Shown: positions 9,471 to 18,511, counted from the stretch's first letter. The stretch is DNA of 63,171 nt from Bacteroides faecis (GCA_963625295.1 CAVFTC010000001.1:1-63171); one strand, 5' to 3'. Numbers and translations are program-made. The notes: generated by a model not told the origin, from the letters alone.

Positions 9471-11020
9471 ATTGCGTTATCCTCCCAAAGCTCCACTATA
9501 TCGTAATCGCCGAATTCCGTTGCCGTTCGCTTCTCCGACCGTTTGTCCCTCAAGGTATAGAAAAGTCCGAACGACTGAATAGTAATCAGCGGCATCATGG
9601 CTACCATGGCGACTGCGCCGAATGCGTCCTTGAGCACATCGCCGCCGAGAGCGATGCTTGCACCGATAAAAAATTGAAGCATAAATGTCGCCGTCATCGG
9701 TCCGGAAGCAACTCCGCCGGAGTCAAATGCGATAGCTGTATAAATATCCGGCACGAAGAACGAAAGCAGCAGTGCCAAGGCGTAGCCCGGAATAAGAAAC
9801 CAAAGAATTGAAATTCCCGTCATAACCCTGAGCATTGCGATTCCCATAGCGGCGGCGATCGCAGCAGAAAGGCTGAGCTTAATGGCCTTTCCCGAAATTG
9901 CACCTGCGCTGACCTCCTCAATTTGATTTTCGAGCACAGCCACGGCAGGCTCGGCTGAAATTATAAACCATCCGAAAACCATAGCCAGCGGTATCATTAT
10001 GTATTTTGTCCAGCCCTCGGCAAGCACAGCTCCAAGCACCGAGCCGAGCGAAGAAAATCCAACATTGACTCCTGTCAGGAAAAGCACAAGTCCTACATAT
10101 GTGTAAACAAGTCCGACGCAGATTTTTGCAAAGCTGCGCTTAGAAATTTTCAGAATCAAAATCTGCAGCAGCAGAAATATTCCTATTATCGGCAAAAGCG
10201 AAACCGCAACCTCGCCCATATATTTCGGCAGCTCCGTCAAATATACCCTGCCTATCTCGCCGGTGCTGCCAAACGAAAGCACGCTGACATCGGCAACGGC
10301 GTCTGCGCCGGGATAGAAAAATCCGAGCACTAAAACCGCAAGGATAGGACCTATCGAGCTTAGCGCAACAAGACCGAAGCTGTCTGCCTCCGCCTTATCG
10401 TCGCTTCGGATATTGGAAACGCCGACGCCCAACGCAAGAATGAACGGGACGGTCATCGGACCGGTCGTAACTCCGCCGGAGTCAAAGGCGATGCTTAAAA
10501 ATTTATCGTCCGTAAATGCCGCCAGAATAAAAACAACGGCATAAAACGCAATCAAAAGCCACCGAAGCTTTATACCTGTCAGGATTCTGACCATGCAAAC
10601 CGCAAGGAAAAATCCGACTCCGACGCCGACCGTTATCAGCAATACGGAATTGTTGATGTGCGGAACAGTTTCGGCGAGAACCTGCAAATCAGGCTCGGCG
10701 ATCGTTACGGCAAAGCCGAACGCAAAGCTGACAAGCACGATCAGCGGCAGCTTTTTTGTTTTAGTCAGCGCCGTTCCGATTTTGTTTCCTATTTTGATCA
10801 TCGATGTATCCGCTCCGAGCGAAAAAAGACCGATACCTATAACCACCATCAGCGTGCCTATAAAAAAATTCAGCATCAGGTCTGTTTCAATAGGCGCAAT
10901 GCTGAAGCATAACAATGTAACGATAGCAACTATGGGGATAACCGAGCGAGTCGCTTCCTTGATCTTTTCCGTTACGGCGGATCGGTTCTTGAGTATAATT
11001 TCCTTTTTCAAAAGCCTCAC
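9467..11020 (-). CDS. DUF1538 family polytopic membrane protein (two internal repeats)
   Basis: 517 aa. The repeated motif FDSGGVTTGPMTVPF / FDSGGVASGPMTATF is characteristic of DUF1538. Confidence 0.75.
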   Translation of the reverse strand: MRLLKKEIILKNRSAVTEKIKEATRSVIPIVAIVTLLCFSIAPIETDLMLNFFIGTLMVVIGIGLFSLGADTSMIKIGNKIGTALTKTKKLPLIVLVSFAFGFAVTIAEPDLQVLAETVPHINNSVLLITVGVGVGFFLAVCMVRILTGIKLRWLLIAFYAVVFILAAFTDDKFLSIAFDSGGVTTGPMTVPFILALGVGVSNIRSDDKAEADSFGLVALSSIGPILAVLVLGFFYPGADAVADVSVLSFGSTGEIGRVYLTELPKYMGEVAVSLLPIIGIFLLLQILILKISKRSFAKICVGLVYTYVGLVLFLTGVNVGFSSLGSVLGAVLAEGWTKYIMIPLAMVFGWFIISAEPAVAVLENQIEEVSAGAISGKAIKLSLSAAIAAAMGIAMLRVMTGISILWFLIPGYALALLLSFFVPDIYTAIAFDSGGVASGPMTATFMLQFFIGASIALGGDVLKDAFGAVAMVAMMPLITIQSFGLFYTLRDKRSEKRTATEFGDYDIVELWEDNAI

Positions 11021-11129
11021 CTATACAATCTTTATGACAATGTGTATGACATTACCTTATACAAATATAATACTTAATTTTTATGATTTATGCAAGCAAA
11101 ACGGCGAAAAGTTCAATATTTATTTACAT

Positions 11130-11158
11130 TTGACTTTTTTTACATTAGGTTTTATAAT
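11130..11158 (+). promoter_or_regulatory. Sigma-70-type promoter
   Basis: TTGACT, 17 nt, TATAAT, 35 nt upstream of the ATG at 11194. Confidence 0.6.
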
Positions 11159-11193
11159 AAGTATAAATTATTACAACCCGAAAGGATATTTTT

Positions 11194-12501
11194 ATGAAAG
11201 TTGTTATAGCAGGAGCAGGTCACGGAGGTCTTGTCGCAGCGGCGGAGCTTGCCAAGACGGGTTATGATGTCAGCGTTTATGAGACAAAGCACCGAAAAGA
11301 GCTTGGACACGACTGGGAGGATCGTTTCACATTTGATTTGCTTTTAGAAGCAGTCGGAAAGGACGAGCTTCCGGACGGAAGCTGGCGCTACAGGGGCGAT
11401 TGCGCCTTTGTATCGCCGAACTATAAGACGAATATTGTTATCAACTATACCGACGAAAACCGTCAAAAAATCATGTGGCGCAAGCCGCTGATAGATATGC
11501 TGACGGATAATGCCGAAAAATGCGGTGCAAAGCTTATTTTCGACACAGAGGTCACCGCTCCGATCGTCAGAGGCGGCCGTGTTGTTGGCATAAAAACCTC
11601 AAGCGGCGATATCGAAGCTGATCTTGTCATTGACTCGGCAGGTGTTTTTTCACCCGTCCGCAGCAAGCTGCCCGAAAGCTTCGAAATCGAGAAAAAGCCG
11701 AAGCGAGGCGATGTTTTCTATGCATACAGAGCCTATTTCAACAAGACTGACAATGAGCTTCCCAATGTTCCATTTGAGGTTTATCTCTGCCACGCAAGAG
11801 AGCAGGGTCTTTCATGGTGCTGCACAAATGACGACAGCGTCGATATACTCATCGGCAGAATCGATCCACTTAACGAAGAGATGCTTCAAAAGCATATTGA
11901 AAATTTCCGTAAAACGCACCCGTACATCGGCCATGAAATTTTACACGGCGGCAATTACGGAATAATCCCCGTTCGCCGTCCGCTTGCGTTGATGGTTGCC
12001 AACGGATATGCCGCAGTGGGTGACAGCGCATTCATGACAACTCCGATGAACGGAATGGGAATCGACCTTTCGCTGCAAGCAGGCAAGCTGCTTGCCGATA
12101 CCGTAATAAAAAGCGGCGGCGACGCTTCGATCGAAAATCTTTGGAAATACAACCGTGATTTTCATTCGCTTTACGGTGCGGAAACGGCAAAGAACGAGGG
12201 ATTAAAAAACGCTCTGCTGAATCTTCCCGGAGAGGGCGTTGACTTCCTTTTTGAAAGTGCTGTTATTGAAGCCTCGGACCTTGCCGGAGCAGGAAAAGAC
12301 ACCGATATAATCAATCTTCTCGGCAAATTTGTAAGAGGAATGAAAAATCCGTCGCACTTCATGACTGTTATCGACGGAATTGCTCAGGGAACGGTTATGT
12401 CCAAGCTGTTGAAATACGCTCCCGGAGAGTTTAACAGAGATAAAATAATGAAATGGCAAAAGGAAATTCAGCGGCATGTAATCAAGATCGAAAGAAAATA
12501 A
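11194..12501 (+). CDS. NAD(P)/FAD-dependent oxidoreductase (geranylgeranyl-reductase-like)
   Basis: N-terminal Rossmann motif VVIAGAGHGGLVAAAELAK...YE; 435 aa. Confidence 0.8.
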   Translation: MKVVIAGAGHGGLVAAAELAKTGYDVSVYETKHRKELGHDWEDRFTFDLLLEAVGKDELPDGSWRYRGDCAFVSPNYKTNIVINYTDENRQKIMWRKPLIDMLTDNAEKCGAKLIFDTEVTAPIVRGGRVVGIKTSSGDIEADLVIDSAGVFSPVRSKLPESFEIEKKPKRGDVFYAYRAYFNKTDNELPNVPFEVYLCHAREQGLSWCCTNDDSVDILIGRIDPLNEEMLQKHIENFRKTHPYIGHEILHGGNYGIIPVRRPLALMVANGYAAVGDSAFMTTPMNGMGIDLSLQAGKLLADTVIKSGGDASIENLWKYNRDFHSLYGAETAKNEGLKNALLNLPGEGVDFLFESAVIEASDLAGAGKDTDIINLLGKFVRGMKNPSHFMTVIDGIAQGTVMSKLLKYAPGEFNRDKIMKWQKEIQRHVIKIERK

Positions 12502-12514
12502 GGGAGGAAACAAA

Positions 12515-13426
12515 ATGGCAAAGGGGTTAAACAACATATTTTTTCCGTTCCCGACCTGGATAAAAGCGCTTCGGGGACGCTATACGCATAAGGATATCGG
12601 CGGATTCTGCAATAGCAATTGGATGGCGGAAATTGACGGAGAAAAATTTATAAACGAGTTCTCAATTCCCGGCTCTCACGATTCCTGCGCACTGTACGAA
12701 CCCCTCAGAGAGCTTGCACAGTGCCAATCTCATACAATTACAGATCAGCTCAACATGGGCGTTCGCTATCTCGATATCCGAGCCAATGTTGTCAAAGGCG
12801 ACCTTGCCATATCCCACGGACCGATTTTTCAAGGTATAACCTTTGACAAGGTTATCAGCCAATGCTGCGATTTTCTCGGCAAAAATCCGAGCGAGACGAT
12901 TATAATTTCGCTCAAGCACGAGCTTGTTTCAAGGGATAAAAAGAATGAGTTTAACTCGATATTTTTTAAAAAGCTCGAAGCCCACAAGGAAATATGGTTC
13001 ATCGAAAACCGCCTGCCGAAACTCTCCGAGGTCAGAGGAAAATTGATCCTCCTTAGCCGTGTAAAGGGGCTCGGAATCGGAATCGACGCTTCGGAAAATT
13101 GGATTCACAACGGCGTTTCAATGATCGAACACAGCGACTTTTACCTGCATATTCAAGATAAATTCAAGCTCGAAAGCATTGAAGAAGCGTGGGATTTTGC
13201 AACGGCGCATATCCGTGAAATCCGCAAGGAAATTGACGGAAAGATGACCCTCAGCATAAATTTTCACAGTGGAGTTCTGGGGTATCCTCATGTTCCGAGA
13301 GTTGCAGAATATGTTAATTCAGAATTTTTGAAGCTTTTCCGCAACAAAAAATCGCACCTCGGCATTGCCGTTTTCGACTTCATTACGCCGGAAATTTGCA
13401 GTACGGTTATTGACACAAACAAATAA
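12515..13426 (+). CDS. Phosphatidylinositol-specific phospholipase C X-domain protein
   Basis: IPGSHDS and YLDIR motifs of the PI-PLC X domain; no obvious signal peptide. Confidence 0.75.
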   Translation: MAKGLNNIFFPFPTWIKALRGRYTHKDIGGFCNSNWMAEIDGEKFINEFSIPGSHDSCALYEPLRELAQCQSHTITDQLNMGVRYLDIRANVVKGDLAISHGPIFQGITFDKVISQCCDFLGKNPSETIIISLKHELVSRDKKNEFNSIFFKKLEAHKEIWFIENRLPKLSEVRGKLILLSRVKGLGIGIDASENWIHNGVSMIEHSDFYLHIQDKFKLESIEEAWDFATAHIREIRKEIDGKMTLSINFHSGVLGYPHVPRVAEYVNSEFLKLFRNKKSHLGIAVFDFITPEICSTVIDTNK

Positions 13427-13433
13427 ATACAAA

Positions 13434-13470
13434 GTGACCGTCCTCGTTTGAGAGCGGTCACTGCCTTTAT
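13434..13470 (+). terminator. Probable terminator hairpin
   Basis: GTGACCG...CGGTCAC followed by a T-rich tract, directly abutting the MITE copy. Confidence 0.5.
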
Positions 13471-13638
13471 TTAAGGCAACACCGCACAAATCGAGGCGCA
13501 CGCCTTGCTTGAATATGTTTCCGTCATGCTGCACAAAAATTCCTTGACTTGCGTCAGCAAGCCTACAAAATTTTTGTACAACCTGACGAAAAATCTTACT
13601 GCGCAATTCGCACACCTCAATTGTGCGGTATTGCCTTA
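13471..13638. mobile_element. Full-length ~168-bp MITE-like element with terminal inverted repeats
   Basis: TTAAGGCAACACCGCACAAATCGAGGCGCAC... at one end. The reverse complement of the other end is TAAGGCAATACCGCACAATTGAGGTGTGCG. Homologous copies lie at 19247, 60523, 1 and 63131. Confidence 0.85.
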
Positions 13639-13644
13639 GTTTTT

Positions 13645-14700
13645 TCAGAACTTAAAATCGGAATATTTGACTGTCGTTGATGCCGAGCCACCGGCATTTT
13701 TTATTGTTACAACATACTTTGTATCGGTAAGAGTAACCGAGAAGTCAAACGAAACCGTCAGACTTTCGAGATTTCCGCTCGAGGCATTTACAACAGCAAC
13801 ACATTTTACATTCGACGAGCTTTCGTTTACGGACTTAACAGATGCGCCGTCGGTGTTGTTGATTGCCGAATAAAGATTTTCCGCACACTTGTGGTCATAT
13901 GCGGATTTATCGCCCGTTCCGACAAGTATTCCGCTTCGGTCAACGGGAGAGCTGTTCTTTTTGTTAGCCGAATCGGCTGAGCTTGAGCCGTTGTTGAGAA
14001 CAAGCGTGTATGTATATTTTCCGCCGCTGAGCGTATAGCTTGCGCTTTTAACATCTGCGTCCTTAAGCGCAGCGGTTGACATAAACTCGCTTTTGCCTTT
14101 TGCGTTTGAAAATGTCTTGTCGCCTACGCCGAGGAAATCTGAAACAGCGTCCTTGACAACGCTCATTTTTCCGAACGCACCTGCGTCAAGGCTGTTGAGC
14201 TTCGTGTTTCTCGACTTTGAATAGCCGGCCTTTGAGCTTATAGCCTTATTGACTGCGGCATTATAATTACCGATAATCTGCGCAGTCGTGAGCTTCGCCG
14301 GAGCAGTCGTAGTTTTCTTTGTTGTGGTGGTTACATTTTTGGTGGTGGTCGTAGCCTTCTTCGTGGTTGTAGCCTTTTGTGTCGTCGTTGTTTTCTTTGT
14401 AGTATTTTTTTCGGCCGCAGTTGTCTTGGCCGGTTCTGCTTTGGCTGTGGTGCTTTCACCGGTAGCGGCTTCGGTCGTTGCTTCCTGCGACTGAGCTTCG
14501 GTTGTATTTTCCGTTTCAGGCTCGGTTGTCGTAACAATTTCCTTTTCCTCTTTGCCGCCGTCGTTTTTTGTCGAAGTAAGAATTGACGGGATAAACTTGC
14601 CGATGCGTTCGTTAAAGCCCTTGCCTACATACACGAACGATCCGCACATCATTGCAACGCAAAGCACAACGGTAACGCAAATAACAATCGTTTTCTTCAT
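13645..14700 (-). CDS. Membrane-anchored or secreted protein with a Thr/Lys-rich linker
   Basis: MKKTIVICVTVVLCVAMMCGSFVYV anchor, about 100 aa of T/K/A/E low complexity, then a globular C-terminal domain. I prefer the start at 14700. Confidence 0.65.
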   Translation of the reverse strand: MKKTIVICVTVVLCVAMMCGSFVYVGKGFNERIGKFIPSILTSTKNDGGKEEKEIVTTTEPETENTTEAQSQEATTEAATGESTTAKAEPAKTTAAEKNTTKKTTTTQKATTTKKATTTTKNVTTTTKKTTTAPAKLTTAQIIGNYNAAVNKAISSKAGYSKSRNTKLNSLDAGAFGKMSVVKDAVSDFLGVGDKTFSNAKGKSEFMSTAALKDADVKSASYTLSGGKYTYTLVLNNGSSSADSANKKNSSPVDRSGILVGTGDKSAYDHKCAENLYSAINNTDGASVKSVNESSSNVKCVAVVNASSGNLESLTVSFDFSVTLTDTKYVVTIKNAGGSASTTVKYSDFKF

Positions 14701-14862
14701 TTTTAACACATCCTTTTCTTTTTTCTCTCTCCTGAGCTGCCGTCGGGTAAATTGTCGGACATCTCCCACTTTCATTATAAGATATTTATCTTTATTTAGC
14801 AACTGTTTTCTTGAATCGGGATATGAAATGTGATATAATTCTTCCGAAATGAGGTGCGTTAA

Positions 14863-16491
14863 ATGATAACCCGAGAAGAATGGAAAAATATAAGAGGCTC
14901 AAAGAAGCAGCCCGATCATATTATGCTTTCGATAAACGGCGACCCGACCGAAGCTATGACGGTCACTTGGCGAACCTGCGTCGAAACAGAAAACGGTTAC
15001 GCTCTTTTCAGAAAAAAAGGTGAAAGCGATTGGCAAAGAGCCGAAGCCGAAACCGAACGCTTTGATTCCGACATGGACAGCAGCAACATTTTTTGGGCGC
15101 ATATGACCGCCCTTGAGCCTGAAACGGAATATGAATATACCTGCGGCAGCGACGAATACAGGAGCGAAATTTACAGCTTCAAAACGGCTGAAAAGAATCT
15201 TGAAAGCTTTGAATTTCTCTGCCTGACGGATATTCAGCACGGAGAAGCAGAGCCGCCTGCGGATTACTCCGAATTGAACGGCATCATAAAAGAAATTTTG
15301 AAACAGCACCCTGAGGTGCGCTTCATTCTTACGGCAGGCGACAATACCAATTGCGGTCAAACGGATATCCAATGGACAGGCTTGCTTGACGGACTGAAAG
15401 GAATCATTGAGCATATTCCCTTTATGATGGCTCTCGGTAACCATGACGACATGGGCTTTGAAAACTACTTTGAATATAAGAACAAATATTATTCGGAGAA
15501 GGCGGAATATTTCAGCAAACAGTTCAAAGGTTCTTATCCGTACAACGGTCCGAAGGACTGGAAAACAGCTAATTACAGCTTCAATTACGGCAACTCCATG
15601 TTCTGCGTTATCGGCACAAGCGGCCCTGAATTTGTGAACGAATGGCTAATTGAGCAGGCCGACAGCTGCGATAAAACATGGAAATTCGGCTCTCAGCATT
15701 TTCCTGTCTGCTATCAAGGCTCGACTCTTGCGTGTGAGGATACATACCCGATGATGCGTGAGGGAATGGAAAAATTCGATGTTATTTTCAGCGGACATGA
15801 GCACTGCTTTTCCCGAAGCTATCCGAGGCGGGGCGATAATCTCTACGACAAGCCCTCGCAGGGTACGGTTTTTTACAACATGGGCAGCGGACACAGAAAT
15901 CCGTGTATGCTTCTTGCGACGCCGAAGCTTTGGAACTGCGCATATTATCCCCACGAGGAAAAGGAGTCAATGTACACGATCGTCGCTGTCAACGGTAAAA
16001 AGCTGACTCTCACCTCCTACCTTGAGGGCGACAAGGCGGTTGACAGCTGCGTAATAGACAAGGAAAACGACGCAATATACCCGATTGCGCTCGCTCCCGT
16101 ATTCAGCAAAGCCCGAATGATGTTCAAGGGCGCAGATTTGGGAATATGTGCCATAAGCCAGCCCTGCGAAAAAATTGACGGTGTATGGTTTGTCTCCGCC
16201 GGAGTCCTTTTCAGATACATCGGCTTTGATGTTGAATTAAAAGAAGGCTCAATAACCATAGAGGCGTACGGGCACAAGGCGACCTTTACGGAAAACAGCT
16301 CAACCGTCACAACGGAAAACGGCAGCTTTCAAATGCCTGACGAGGTCAAGCGTATGAATCGAGGACAGCTTTATGTTCCCGCCGAGGGAATTTGCAAAGT
16401 ATTCGGCATGAGATGCGAAATCTTTGACCGAAACAATATCCTTTCCTTTGAGCACGAAAGCGAATTCAGCCCTATCCCCTGCCAGCCTTAA
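14863..16491 (+). CDS. Purple-acid-phosphatase-like metallophosphoesterase with a C-terminal copper-amine-oxidase-like stalk domain
   Basis: GDN, GNHD and GHEH metallophosphoesterase motifs. The C-terminal ~110 aa resemble the Cu-amine-oxidase N-terminal-like domain common in clostridial surface proteins. Confidence 0.75.
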   Translation: MITREEWKNIRGSKKQPDHIMLSINGDPTEAMTVTWRTCVETENGYALFRKKGESDWQRAEAETERFDSDMDSSNIFWAHMTALEPETEYEYTCGSDEYRSEIYSFKTAEKNLESFEFLCLTDIQHGEAEPPADYSELNGIIKEILKQHPEVRFILTAGDNTNCGQTDIQWTGLLDGLKGIIEHIPFMMALGNHDDMGFENYFEYKNKYYSEKAEYFSKQFKGSYPYNGPKDWKTANYSFNYGNSMFCVIGTSGPEFVNEWLIEQADSCDKTWKFGSQHFPVCYQGSTLACEDTYPMMREGMEKFDVIFSGHEHCFSRSYPRRGDNLYDKPSQGTVFYNMGSGHRNPCMLLATPKLWNCAYYPHEEKESMYTIVAVNGKKLTLTSYLEGDKAVDSCVIDKENDAIYPIALAPVFSKARMMFKGADLGICAISQPCEKIDGVWFVSAGVLFRYIGFDVELKEGSITIEAYGHKATFTENSSTVTTENGSFQMPDEVKRMNRGQLYVPAEGICKVFGMRCEIFDRNNILSFEHESEFSPIPCQP

Positions 16492-16533
16492 CAATACAAT
16501 TTCAATAAATGTAAAAATATCAATGCATATGCC

Positions 16534-16563
16534 TTGACATAACACAAATGAATGTGATAAAAT
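16534..16563 (+). promoter_or_regulatory. Sigma-70-type promoter for the small ORF
   Basis: TTGACA, 18 nt, TGaTAAAAT. Confidence 0.55.
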
Positions 16564-16622
16564 ACTTACAAGATAGCAGGTCAGTACTGTTACCGAGTAT
16601 TCTATGAAAGGAGTTTGACATT

Positions 16623-16769
16623 ATGAATTTCGATTTCAGCGCAATTCTTGATAAGATCGACATTGATGCAATCATGAACAAGATTGTAGATCTCATCGTT
16701 CAGATCAACATTTCAGATGTACTCAACAAGATTATTGATCTGGTTATGAAGTTTGTTAACCCGGCATGA
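16623..16769 (+). CDS. Unannotated 48-aa acidic amphipathic small protein
   Basis: ATG preceded by AAAGGAG. It has its own promoter and a downstream hairpin plus T-run. Sequence: MNFDFSAILDKIDIDAIMNKIVDLIVQINISDVLNKIIDLVMKFVNPA. Below the 60-aa cutoff of the ORF track. Confidence 0.55.
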   Translation: MNFDFSAILDKIDIDAIMNKIVDLIVQINISDVLNKIIDLVMKFVNPA

Positions 16770-16886
16770 TCATTCTGTTCGAACTACAATTTTCTGAAAT
16801 AACAAACAGCAGTGGCGGCGAAAGCTGTCACTGTTGTTTTTTGAGTCAAAACGGCAACGGCATTTGCATAATTTGCCCAAAAACGC

Positions 16887-16915
16887 TTGACTTTGGTAAA
16901 TATTTGTAGTATACT
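16887..16915 (+). promoter_or_regulatory. Sigma-70-type promoter upstream of the mgtC pair
   Basis: TTGACT, 17 nt, TATACT. Followed by an 8-bp hairpin (CGGACGTG...CACGTCCG) in the leader. Confidence 0.55.
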
Positions 16916-16986
16916 TATACATCATATTAAGCGACGGACGTGGAACAAATTTCACGTCCGTACATAATTATATAATAATAAAGAAT

Positions 16987-17013
16987 AAAGGCGATACCGC
17001 ACAAATTGCCTAA
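16987..17013. repeat. Solo, degenerate MITE terminus
   Basis: AAGGCGATACCGCACAAATTGCCTAA matches the family terminus. Confidence 0.6.
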
Positions 17014-17031
17014 ACACCGGAGGTAAAACAA

Positions 17032-17766
17032 ATGGATTCGCTTCTTCCCATTTTTGATCCGATACGGGGCGTAACAATGCCTGCGCTGCTGCTGAAAATA
17101 CTTTTATCCGTATTTTTCGGCGGCCTTATCGGTCTTGAACGAGGTCACAAGCACAGAGCCGCCGGCAGCCGTACATATATGATAGTCTGCATGGGCGCAG
17201 CGCTTACAATGATCCTGAGCCAGTATGAAAGCGAGCTTTTAAGCACAAACTGGAGAGCATTTTCGGAAGCCATCGGAATCAAAACCGATGTTTCAAGATT
17301 CGGTGCTCAGGTCATTAACGGCATCGGCTTTCTCGGCGCAGGAACAATTATTTTAACCGGCCGCCAAGAAATCAAGGGCTTGACGACAGCCGCCGGTCTT
17401 TGGGCTTCTGCATGTATGGGACTTGCGATTGGCTCCGGCTTTTACGAGTGCGCAATTCTCGGCTTCATTCTCATTCTTTTTACGACCGTTCTTCTCGACA
17501 GAGTCAGCTCATGGATAGTTTCAAACGCAAGAAACATGGATCTTTACATTGAATTTGAAAAGATGGAGGATCTCGGAACGATCATCGCTACATTTAAAGA
17601 GATGAATATCCAGATTTTCGATGTAGATATTCAGCGTGAAAAGCAATCAAACGGCGTAACGATCGGCGTTGTAATTTCCGCTCGCCTTCCAAAAAAAGAA
17701 ACCCATTCCAATGTCATGTCGGTAATTTCCAAATTTGATTTTGTTACCGTCGTTGACGAAATATAA
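17032..17766 (+). CDS. mgtC: MgtC/SapB family protein
   Basis: GLERG.KHRAAG.RTY motif, four to five TM segments and a C-terminal soluble domain. Confidence 0.85.
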   Translation: MDSLLPIFDPIRGVTMPALLLKILLSVFFGGLIGLERGHKHRAAGSRTYMIVCMGAALTMILSQYESELLSTNWRAFSEAIGIKTDVSRFGAQVINGIGFLGAGTIILTGRQEIKGLTTAAGLWASACMGLAIGSGFYECAILGFILILFTTVLLDRVSSWIVSNARNMDLYIEFEKMEDLGTIIATFKEMNIQIFDVDIQREKQSNGVTIGVVISARLPKKETHSNVMSVISKFDFVTVVDEI

Positions 17767-17783
17767 AGAAGGAGGTAGATACG

Positions 17784-18464
17784 ATGCTTCATTTCCTTGA
17801 TCCGCTCAGAGAAATAACAACGGTAGCCGTACTCGTTCGGCTGCTTTCCGCAATGCTTTGCGGCGGTGCGATCGGCATTGAACGAGAGCACAAGCGACGC
17901 ACGGCAGGCTTTAGAACACATATTCTTATCTGCCTCGGCGCAGCCATGACGACAATGGTCAGCCAGTTCCTTTTTCGTGAAATGCATATGTATACTGATA
18001 TCGGCCGTCTCGGCGCACAGGTAATTGCCGGAATCGGTTTCATCGGCGCAGGTACGATCATTGTTACAAAACGCCGTCAGGTCAAGGGTCTTACGACCGC
18101 CGCAGGTCTTTGGACATGCGCAATAATCGGCCTTGCCGTCGGCGCAGGCTACTATGAAGCCGCCGTTTTGGCAACGGTAATAATTCTTCTTGCGGAAATA
18201 TTTTTCTCACGCTTTGAATATTGGGTGCTCGACAACGCAAGAAACATCAATATTTATGTTGAATATTCAGGCACGGATAATCTTGATTCCGTTATCCGCA
18301 CGCTTAAAACATATCGGGTCATTATCCTTGACCTTGAAATTACAAAGTCAGGTCAAAACTCGTGTGCCATCTTCCAGCTTCAGCTCCCTAAAAAGCTCTC
18401 GCACGATAAGCTCATGACCGTCGTTTCCACCTCGGAGGGAATTATATCCGTCGAGGAGCTGTAA
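17784..18464 (+). CDS. mgtC: MgtC/SapB family protein (tandem paralog)
   Basis: GIEREHKRRTAGFRTH motif and the same architecture as the preceding gene. Confidence 0.85.
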   Translation: MLHFLDPLREITTVAVLVRLLSAMLCGGAIGIEREHKRRTAGFRTHILICLGAAMTTMVSQFLFREMHMYTDIGRLGAQVIAGIGFIGAGTIIVTKRRQVKGLTTAAGLWTCAIIGLAVGAGYYEAAVLATVIILLAEIFFSRFEYWVLDNARNINIYVEYSGTDNLDSVIRTLKTYRVIILDLEITKSGQNSCAIFQLQLPKKLSHDKLMTVVSTSEGIISVEEL

Positions 18465-18470
18465 AAAATA

Positions 18471-18511
18471 TAGGCAATACCGTTCTATCGAGATGTACGG
18501 TATTGCCTTAA
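18471..18511. repeat. Mini MITE derivative (both termini, GGCAATACCG / CGGTATTGCC hairpin)
   Basis: TAGGCAATACCG...CGGTATTGCCTTAA, located between convergent gene ends. Confidence 0.75.

Noticed and set aside
16916-17031. M-box (Mg) riboswitch upstream of the mgtC pair
   Set aside because: The leader is too short (about 115 nt) and lacks the conserved M-box core. It contains only one 8-bp hairpin and a MITE-end relic.
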